The notes under the pieces: generated by a model
Told to the model about the DNA's origin: nothing
What the model saw: only the letters and a program-made list of their open reading frames with translations
The model's database searches: none
Part shown: positions 17,119-23,699 of the stretch, piece by piece
Layout of the letters: every line of letters begins with the position of its first letter
Position numbering within the stretch: position 1 is the first letter of the stretch
Assembly (NCBI RefSeq): GCF_000007185.1
Contig: NC_003551.1
Coordinates: 480,001 to 512,000 of the forward strand
Length of the DNA: 32,000 nucleotides
Origin: Methanopyrus kandleri AV19
Lineage (GTDB): Archaea > JAADCQ01 > Methanopyri > Methanopyrales > Methanopyraceae
Direction of reading: 5' to 3'
Translations under genes and position numbers: made by a program

Positions 17119-17505
17119 ATGGACTTCGAGGAGTACCTCGAGAAGTGGTTCAAGGGCGAGACCACCGAGGTAGGCATCTACATGGCGATGGCCATCGTCG
17201 CTAGAGAGCAGGGCTACCCCGAAGTATGTGACCTGCTGGAGCAAATCGCTATGGACGAAGCCCGACACGCGGCCGCCGCGGCGCTGATCGCGGGGAAGGT
17301 CGAGAACAGTCTGGAGGGCCTGATCGAGAAGATGGAAGAAATGATTGAAGGTGAGAAAAACGCCTACGAAACCAGGATGGACGAAGCCGACCACCACTCC
17401 GACGAGCTGGACGACGAGATCATCACCCTGCTGAAGGCTACCGCATACGACGAAAAGCACCACAGGAAGATGCTCAAAGCGGCCCTCGAAAAGCTGAAGG
17501 AGTAA
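17119..17505 (+). CDS. Rubrerythrin-like ferritin-fold diiron protein (no rubredoxin domain)
   Basis: The ORF is open from 17032. ATG 17119 (MDFEEYLEKW) fits the promoter spacing. Four-helix diiron ligand pattern: ETTEVGIY, MDEARH (ExxH), EGEKNAYE (ExxE), YDEKHH (ExxH). There is no C-terminal CxxC...CxxC. Confidence 0.8.
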   Translation: MDFEEYLEKWFKGETTEVGIYMAMAIVAREQGYPEVCDLLEQIAMDEARHAAAAALIAGKVENSLEGLIEKMEEMIEGEKNAYETRMDEADHHSDELDDEIITLLKATAYDEKHHRKMLKAALEKLKE

Positions 17506-17571
17506 CTTCCAAGCGCCCCCTTCGACGCCCTCGCTCAATCGTCATGACATCCGAAACGATGGGGTGGGCCT

Positions 17572-18342
17572 TTGAGGTACGTCGACGCACATGTGCACCT
17601 CGACGTTAGGAGTTACGAAGACCTCGAGAGAATGGCCTTATCTGGAGTCCGAACCGTCGTCACGTGCGCTCACGATCCTTACCCCGACATGACGGCCGAG
17701 GTGTACTCCGCCCTCTTCAGAAGGCTCCTCGGGGTGGAAACGTGGAGGGGCGAAAAGGCCGGGCTCACGGTTAAGGTGGCCGTGGGAGTACATCCCGGAG
17801 GCGTACCGGATAACATGAGCGACGTGCTACGGGAAGTCGAGGAACTCCTGAGTCATGAGGACGTCGTCGCGATCGGAGAGACCGGCCTCAACGAAAATCC
17901 GGATGATAGAGAAATCCAAGTCCTGGAGGCTCAGCTGAAGTTAGCCCGAGAGCACGAGGTACCCATCATTGTCCACACGCCGAGCAGGAACAAGGTCGAG
18001 ATCACCGAGAAGGTGTTGGAGATCCTGAACTCTTCGGGTATAGACCCCTCTCTGGTGCTGGTGGACCACGCCTCGGCGGAGACCGTCTCGCTCATCGGTG
18101 AGGAAGGGTACGCGGTCGGGCTGACACTCCGACCGGGAGAGCTCGATGTGTGGGAAGCGTGTGATATCGTGGAGGAGTACGCCGACGAAATGACGCTCAT
18201 CGCGAGCAGCGACCTGGGATCTCTAGCCGCCGATCCACTCGCCCTCCCCAAGCTGGCCCTCGAACTGGAACGCCGGAACGTCGAGAAGAGCATCATCCGG
18301 GACGTCGTAGCCCGGAACGCTGAGAGGTTTTACGGGCTCTAA
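17572..18342 (+). CDS. TatD-related TIM-barrel metal-dependent hydrolase (archaeal COG1099 type)
   Basis: 256 aa, TTG start. It has VDAHVHLD (HxH), AIGETGLN, PIIVHTP and a VDH segment, typical of the TatD/amidohydrolase fold. Confidence 0.8.
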   Translation: MRYVDAHVHLDVRSYEDLERMALSGVRTVVTCAHDPYPDMTAEVYSALFRRLLGVETWRGEKAGLTVKVAVGVHPGGVPDNMSDVLREVEELLSHEDVVAIGETGLNENPDDREIQVLEAQLKLAREHEVPIIVHTPSRNKVEITEKVLEILNSSGIDPSLVLVDHASAETVSLIGEEGYAVGLTLRPGELDVWEACDIVEEYADEMTLIASSDLGSLAADPLALPKLALELERRNVEKSIIRDVVARNAERFYGL

Positions 18343-18532
18343 CTTCCGCCCTAAAGCACGATGTTCGAGGCAGCCTCGGTCCCCGTCCTCTATTCGTGGA
18401 TCATGTAGGCGGGTGATCAGGCCGGTCAGAGCGACCCCATCTTGAAGACGAGTCCTACAGCGATTCCCAAGGATCGCTTCCTCATCGCGAGATCACTCGA
18501 GACCTGAGGACAAACCCTCATTCTCCCCGCCC

Positions 18533-19327
18533 TTGAGAACCAACGTTTACCCAAGGGGCTGTGAGGATCGATTGCGCTTCGCCGCACTCTACTCCCACCA
18601 GTTCGGTAAGAGGATGGTAGCCAACCTACTGAACGAACCCGGTCACTGCAGGGCTTGCGGGCCTGTATGCGACGGGTGCAAGTACGACATGTATTCGCTC
18701 GTCGACTCCCTCGTCGCCGTTGAGGAGCTACCCAAACCCGAAGAGTTACCTCCGTTCGTCGACGAGCCCGAGGATCACCTCCCCGAACTACCGCCCGTCG
18801 ATGTGCTGGTGGCGATCGGATTGCATCCCGACCTCCTAGTAGCGCTGTCCGAAGTATACGAGATTAAGGCACTGATAGTGCCCGTCGAGGAACCCGACTG
18901 GATCGACCCGTGGATCGAAGAGAAACTACGAGAGGTATGCGAAGAGAACAGCGTAGAGCTCACTGTGGCGAGGCCAGGATGCGACCTGGAACCGTCGGGT
19001 CCCGTAACCGAAGCGTTCTGCGACGCGGGCATGATCGGGAGGCCTAAGCTGTTCATGAAGGTCGAGGACGGCGTCGTGATCGACGTCCATGTAGTACGAT
19101 CGGCGCCGTGCGGTTGCACGTGGTTCGTGGCTAAACGACTGGTCGGTGTGGACGCTGATCCCGAAGAGGTGAAGGCTACAGTTTCCGAGGCACATCACTC
19201 GTACCCCTGCACGGCTTCGATGGAGGTCGACAAGCACGTGGGGGATACCCTGCTCCACGTAGCGGGCCGGTTGCACATCGAGGCGGCCCTCCGAGCGCTC
19301 GAGGAAGCGACGGATACCGACGCCTGA
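18533..19327 (+). CDS. Conserved archaeal Cys-rich protein, DUF166/COG1810-like
   Basis: LYSHQFGKRMVANLLN, CRACG..CDGC, SAPCGCTWFVAKRL, AHHSYPCTASM and DTLLHVAG match the DUF166 pattern I remember (family assignment from memory). The start is uncertain among TTG 18533, TTG 18572 and ATG 18614. Confidence 0.6.
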   Translation: MRTNVYPRGCEDRLRFAALYSHQFGKRMVANLLNEPGHCRACGPVCDGCKYDMYSLVDSLVAVEELPKPEELPPFVDEPEDHLPELPPVDVLVAIGLHPDLLVALSEVYEIKALIVPVEEPDWIDPWIEEKLREVCEENSVELTVARPGCDLEPSGPVTEAFCDAGMIGRPKLFMKVEDGVVIDVHVVRSAPCGCTWFVAKRLVGVDADPEEVKATVSEAHHSYPCTASMEVDKHVGDTLLHVAGRLHIEAALRALEEATDTDA

Positions 19328-19335
19328 CGGGTATC

Positions 19336-19704
19336 TCACGCCCCGCCCAGTACTCGCTCCAAAACTTCCCGGAACAGTCTCCACTTATCCCCGTGCAGAC
19401 TGTACTCCCTGCGCACGTCGTCCTCGATGTCCTCAGCCCTGTAACCGACGGGATAGTACGTCGAGACGAGCTCCCCGTTTCGGCGCTCCGGTCTCAGCTC
19501 GATTTCACCCCGACGGAGCAGGTCGAAGATCGCTTCCTTCACGTCGACGGAGAAGTAGGGTGCCTTGAGCAACATGCAGTGACCGTATTCCGTTCCCGTC
19601 AATGGTCTTCCGGTCTCACGTTCGAAAGCTTTGTCGAGCAAATACACCGCACGGAACAAGGAGCGCTTATCTACGCCCGGTCGGAACGCGACGATGTACT
19701 TCAT
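19336..19704 (-). CDS. Hypothetical protein, divergent from the CODH cluster (weak SocA/Panacea-like resemblance)
   Basis: The ORF is open to 19764; ATG 19704 (MKYIVAFRPG...) is more natural. LFRAVYLLDKAFERETGRPLTGTEYGHCMLLKAPYFSVDVKEAIFDLLRRGEI loosely resembles the KL.YL.d.....G.plt...y.....GPy pattern. The function call is speculative. Confidence 0.5.
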   Translation of the reverse strand: MKYIVAFRPGVDKRSLFRAVYLLDKAFERETGRPLTGTEYGHCMLLKAPYFSVDVKEAIFDLLRRGEIELRPERRNGELVSTYYPVGYRAEDIEDDVRREYSLHGDKWRLFREVLERVLGGA

Positions 19705-19825
19705 CAGCGGCCGCAAGTTAGCGCCCGTCGGTTTGACCGTGTGACACCTGCACCGGGCGTGCAACCTGGGTCCCCCTTGTATCAGTATGTTCGAAAGTGT
19801 CCAAACGTTTGATGAAAATCGAAAC

Positions 19826-19833
19826 TAATATAA
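19826..19833 (+). promoter_or_regulatory. TATA-like box (TAATATAA) upstream of the CODH-like gene
   Basis: This is the most A/T-rich element in the 19765-19900 spacer and lies about 70 nt upstream of GTG 19901. The predicted leader would contain the direct repeats at 19859-19888 and GGGGATCCCC, which is both SD-like and palindromic. Confidence 0.35.
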
Positions 19834-19858
19834 GTCAAGTCACCCCTCCAATGGTCGG

Positions 19859-19888
19859 ATAGTATCGAACGTTCCCATAGTACCGAAC
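19859..19888 (+). repeat. Direct repeat ATAGTA(T/C)CGAAC x2, 18-nt period, in the CODH cluster leader/promoter
   Basis: ATAGTATCGAAC (19859-19870) and ATAGTACCGAAC (19877-19888) match at 11 of 12 positions. The first copy overlaps the palindrome GAACGTTC (19867-19874). Confidence 0.8.
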
Positions 19889-19900
19889 AAGGGGATCCCC

Positions 19901-21817
19901 GTGGAGGAAAAGAGATCCTCGTGCCCGTACGCCGATGAAGCCGTGTGTGAGCTAGTCGAGCACGCGAAGGAGCTGAATGAGGAGATTCCGGAGATAGAGA
20001 CCCCGCACATCCGATGGCCCGTTCAGTTCCCGAAGTGCCCGTACGGCAAGCAAGGCGTCTGGTGTAACATCTGCTCGAACGGCCCGTGCCGAATTACGGA
20101 GAAGACACCACGCGGTGTCTGCGGAGCGACGGCGGACGTGATCGTGGCACGCAACTTCTTGCGTCACGTCGCCGCCGGAGCCGCGTGCTACGTGCACTGC
20201 CTGGAGAACGCCGCCCGGGCCCTCAAGTCCGTGGCGGACGAGGAATCTCCTTACGAGATCGCAGACGAGAAGGCGCTGAGGCACGCTGCCGAAGTATACG
20301 GTCTAGATACCTCCGGTAAACCGGAAGATGTGGCCGAGGAGATCGCAGAGTTCATTCTCGAGGATATCTACAGGCCCAGATATGAGGAGTCCGAGGTGTT
20401 CAAGGCTGTTGTACCCGATTGGCGCATCGAGATGTACGAGGAAATGGGCCTAATTCCGGGCGGAGCTAAGTCGGAGATACACGACGCCCTTGTCAAGACG
20501 AGTACGAACCTCAACTCAGACCCCGTTGACATGCTCCTCCACGTGCTGCGACTGGGACTGATCACCGGCCCTGTCGCGCTCTTCGGTGTGGAGACGATCA
20601 ACGATATCCTCTTCGGCAGCCCGAAGATCACGCAAACGGAGGGTGGTCCCGGAATACTGGACCCGGACTACGTCAACATCATGACGACCGGCCACCAGAT
20701 GGCTCTCATGAAGTACCTGACGGACGCCGCCGAGAAGCTGGAAGAAGAGGCCAAGGCGGCGGGAGCTAAAGGTATCCGGATCATCGGTGCGACGTGCGTC
20801 GGCGACGATTTCGAGGCGCGCGCCGAGCACCTACCAGACACGTACGCGGGCTTCGCGGGTAACAATTTCGCGACGGAGGCGCTCGCAGCAACGGGTCTCG
20901 TGGACGCGATCGTGAGCGAGTTCAACTGCACGTTCCCGGGTCTGAAGTTCTACAAGGAGAAGCTGGACGTCGAGCTGGTCGCCGTCGACGACGTGGCCAA
21001 GGTGTGGGGCGCGGAGCTGATCCTCTGGGACCCGGAGCGTGCCGAGGAGGTCGCGGAGGAGGCCGTCCAGAGGGCCATTGAGGCGTTCAAGGAGCGCCGG
21101 TCGAAGCACGAGGACAAGATCATGGAGCCGAAGCACAGGCACGAGAACGTGGTGGGGTTCGGATACTTCTCGATCGAGGAGGCCGTCGGCTGGGAGAACG
21201 TGCTCAAGCTGATCGAAGAAGGCACCATCCGCGGCGTGTGCGCCATCATGGGCTGCACGAATCTCTCCAGCGGCGGCCACAACGTGCCGGCGGTCGAGCT
21301 CGCCAAGGAGATGATCAAGCGCGACGTGCTCGTGCTCGGCGCCGGCTGTGTGAACGGGGCGTTCGCCAACGCTGGACTGTTCAACCCTGAAGCAGCCGAG
21401 CTGGCCGGTGACAACCTCCGACAGGTGTGCGAGGAGTTAGGTATTCCACCGGTGCTGCATTACGGCCCATGTCTGGCGATCGGTAAGATCGAGCATCTCG
21501 TCTTCGAGATCGCCGAGATACTTCGAGAGAAAACCGGCGAGGAAATCGACATCCCGGACGTACCCGCCGTCGCGAGCGCGCCGCAGTGGCTCGAGGAGCA
21601 AGCCCTAGCGGACGCGTCCTCGGCCTTAGCTCTAGGTATCACGCTGCACGTGAGTCCCGTACCGCCGGTGACCGGTAGCGAGCTGGTTACGAAGACGCTG
21701 CTGGAGGACCTACCGGATCTCACCGGCGGCGAGCTGATCGTGGAGACGGACATGAAGCGTGCCGGAGAGATTCTCGCCGAGAAGATCGAGGAGAAGCGGA
21801 AACGGCTTGGTATCTAA
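19901..21817 (+). CDS. cooS: Ni-dependent carbon monoxide dehydrogenase catalytic subunit homolog (CooS type, divergent)
   Basis: 638 aa, colinear over its full length with C. hydrogenoformans CODH-II as I recall it. B-cluster motif: WCNICSNGPCR...GVCGAT. C-cluster ligand equivalents: TGHQ (His261), GATCVG (Cys295), FNCTFP (Cys333), MGCTN (Cys446), GAGCVNG (Cys476), YGPCLA (Cys526). GTG start with a GGGGATCC SD. Confidence 0.9.
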   Translation: MEEKRSSCPYADEAVCELVEHAKELNEEIPEIETPHIRWPVQFPKCPYGKQGVWCNICSNGPCRITEKTPRGVCGATADVIVARNFLRHVAAGAACYVHCLENAARALKSVADEESPYEIADEKALRHAAEVYGLDTSGKPEDVAEEIAEFILEDIYRPRYEESEVFKAVVPDWRIEMYEEMGLIPGGAKSEIHDALVKTSTNLNSDPVDMLLHVLRLGLITGPVALFGVETINDILFGSPKITQTEGGPGILDPDYVNIMTTGHQMALMKYLTDAAEKLEEEAKAAGAKGIRIIGATCVGDDFEARAEHLPDTYAGFAGNNFATEALAATGLVDAIVSEFNCTFPGLKFYKEKLDVELVAVDDVAKVWGAELILWDPERAEEVAEEAVQRAIEAFKERRSKHEDKIMEPKHRHENVVGFGYFSIEEAVGWENVLKLIEEGTIRGVCAIMGCTNLSSGGHNVPAVELAKEMIKRDVLVLGAGCVNGAFANAGLFNPEAAELAGDNLRQVCEELGIPPVLHYGPCLAIGKIEHLVFEIAEILREKTGEEIDIPDVPAVASAPQWLEEQALADASSALALGITLHVSPVPPVTGSELVTKTLLEDLPDLTGGELIVETDMKRAGEILAEKIEEKRKRLGI

Positions 21818-21849
21818 TTCTCACCCCCACTTCCGGGATGGTGGTGACC

Positions 21850-22950
21850 ATGGAGATCGAGGCGATCCGTGTAGCAACGGGAGCTCCTGGCGAACTGTAT
21901 ATGGTAGCCGAGATCGCGGAGGACAAGGTCGTGAACGCCGAAGTGTGCTCGGGCACGACACCGATCTCCTGGGAGACGCTCGTCCTCGAGAAGCCCGTGG
22001 AGTTCGCCGTAGTGGCCGCCGAACGAGTATGCGCCAGCTGTGACGCGAGCCTAGGGCTCGCCGTGGTCGAGGCGGCCGAGGCAGCTCTCAACGTCGAGAT
22101 CCCGGACGAGGCGGAGCGAGCGCGCGAGATCCTGAACATGGCTAACGTCGTCAGGGCGCACGCCACCGTGCTGGCGAGGACTGACTTCCTCGACGTGAAG
22201 AAGCCCGCGTACGACCTAGTGAGAGCTGCGAAGGACATCATGCACGCCGTCGGAGGGAAGCCCGACCACCCACCGGCCGTGACCGTAGGCGGTTTGGACC
22301 TCGAAAAGCTGCCCGTAGACAGGGTTGAATCCGTAGCTAAGGACGCCGCCGAGGTGGCAGACAGGCTTGAGGACGAGGTCGGATCCGCGGTAGATCGGAT
22401 GAAGGAAGATATCGACGTGGAACCGGAGGAGATGCCGGCGGGACTGAAGGTTTCGGACACGTACAAGGGCGACATAGACCCAGACAAGGTCGAGACGCTA
22501 ATGCCGGATGAATTCTACCGTATGAAGACCACCCTGGAGATAGCGAACAACGTCGTCGCCAGGTATGACGGGGAGCCCGTCCTCGTCGGTCCTTACGCCC
22601 GAGTAAGGAGCGCGGAAAACCCGCTGGACCTCTACACCGCCAGGGCCGAGGAAGTAGCGAGGATGCTCGACGGTATCGCAAACGCCGTATCCAGGCTAGA
22701 TCCGACCGGGAACTTCCGAACGGACGTCGAGCTCGGCTCGGGCGAGGGTACGGCGGCTGTGGAGGCACCGGAGGGTACCCTGATCGTCTCGCTGAGACTA
22801 CGGGCCGGGCGCGTGGACAAGGCCCTGATGTTAACTCCATGCAACTTCAAGGTTGCGGCGATCGGGGAGATGGTGCGCGACCTGACGGTTGACAGGGCTG
22901 AGACAGTTCTACGCGCGATCGGCCTCTCCGGTAGATGTCTTACCCACTAG
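21850..22950 (+). CDS. [NiFe]-hydrogenase large-subunit homolog (FrhA-like, group 3), active-site motifs degenerate
   Basis: ATG 21850 (MEIEAIRV) is preceded by GGTGGTGA; ATG 21838 is also in frame. It is colinear with FrhA: ERVCASCDAS corresponds to RxCGxCxxxH, EAPEGTLIVSL to EAPRGxLxH, and the C-terminus RAIGLSGRCLTH-stop to RAYDPCLSCATH. Confidence 0.8.
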   Translation: MEIEAIRVATGAPGELYMVAEIAEDKVVNAEVCSGTTPISWETLVLEKPVEFAVVAAERVCASCDASLGLAVVEAAEAALNVEIPDEAERAREILNMANVVRAHATVLARTDFLDVKKPAYDLVRAAKDIMHAVGGKPDHPPAVTVGGLDLEKLPVDRVESVAKDAAEVADRLEDEVGSAVDRMKEDIDVEPEEMPAGLKVSDTYKGDIDPDKVETLMPDEFYRMKTTLEIANNVVARYDGEPVLVGPYARVRSAENPLDLYTARAEEVARMLDGIANAVSRLDPTGNFRTDVELGSGEGTAAVEAPEGTLIVSLRLRAGRVDKALMLTPCNFKVAAIGEMVRDLTVDRAETVLRAIGLSGRCLTH

Positions 22951-22963
22951 GGGGAAGCCCAAG

Positions 22964-23680
22964 ATGAAGGTGGCTGTGCTGTCCCTTATGGCTTGTGGTA
23001 CATGCGCCAGGAACCTGGAGGAGGTTTGCCACGAAGAGGGTCATGAGGTGGTCTGGTCGAACCTAGAAGGCGACGAGGGAGAACCGGACGCCGACATTCT
23101 GTTCGTAGAAGGCGCGGTGGACTTCGCCGACGCCGAGACCCTGGAAAAGTTAGAGGAGGCCGCTTCGGCCGTCAGTACCGTGGTATCACTGGGTTCCTGT
23201 GCCGCTACCGGGGGTTTCGAGCGACACGTCATAGGCATGCGCGACCCCGACCGGTACCACTTCACGGTCTTCCCAGCTGCCAAGTTCGTCGAAACGGACT
23301 ATGCGATCAACGGCTGTCCACCTACTACGGACGTGATCGCGTCCTTCCTCAGAGCTCTAGAGGAGGAGAACGAGGACGAACTCCGACCGTACGAAGTCTT
23401 GTCCGGGGATTTCCACGGGCTCACGCCGGAACTGTCCGCTCCGGTGACCGGTCCGACGGTACCGGTCGAGGACGTACTCCTGACGTCGAACAAGGACCTG
23501 TGCCTGGGCTGCGACCTGGACGTGATTGAGAAGGACCTCTTCTGCGTCGGCTGCGGAACGTGTGCCGCCTCCTGCCCGGCGTGGGCTATCGAGATGGACG
23601 AGAAGCCCGTAATCCGGCAAGAGAGGTGCGTTCGATGCGGAACTTGCTTCGTAAGCTGCCCGAGATCGTTCAGGATATGA
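22964..23680 (+). CDS. Hydrogenase small-subunit homolog (FrhG-like) with C-terminal 2x[4Fe-4S] ferredoxin domain
   Basis: ATG 22964 (MKVAVLSLMACGTCARN). Proximal-cluster pattern: CGTC, LGSCAATGG, INGCPP. Then CVGCGTCAASCP and CVRCGTCFVSCP. The ORF-track start at 22889 overlaps the upstream gene and is unlikely. Confidence 0.85.
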   Translation: MKVAVLSLMACGTCARNLEEVCHEEGHEVVWSNLEGDEGEPDADILFVEGAVDFADAETLEKLEEAASAVSTVVSLGSCAATGGFERHVIGMRDPDRYHFTVFPAAKFVETDYAINGCPPTTDVIASFLRALEEENEDELRPYEVLSGDFHGLTPELSAPVTGPTVPVEDVLLTSNKDLCLGCDLDVIEKDLFCVGCGTCAASCPAWAIEMDEKPVIRQERCVRCGTCFVSCPRSFRI

Positions 23681-23699
23681 ACCCAACGGGAGGTGATCC

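Noticed and set aside
16996-17538. 180-aa minus-strand ORF covering the rubrerythrin-like locus
   Set aside because: It is exactly antisense to a gene with a clear diiron ligand pattern and promoter. Its translation is low-complexity (runs of V, L, G and H) and shows no recognisable motif. It is a typical shadow ORF in GC-rich DNA.
21720-22487. 255-aa minus-strand ORF rich in Ser, Thr and Ala
   Set aside because: It is antisense to the end of the CODH-like gene and the FrhA-like gene. Its extreme S/T/A composition mirrors the acidic, GC-rich sense strand, and it has no start context or motifs.
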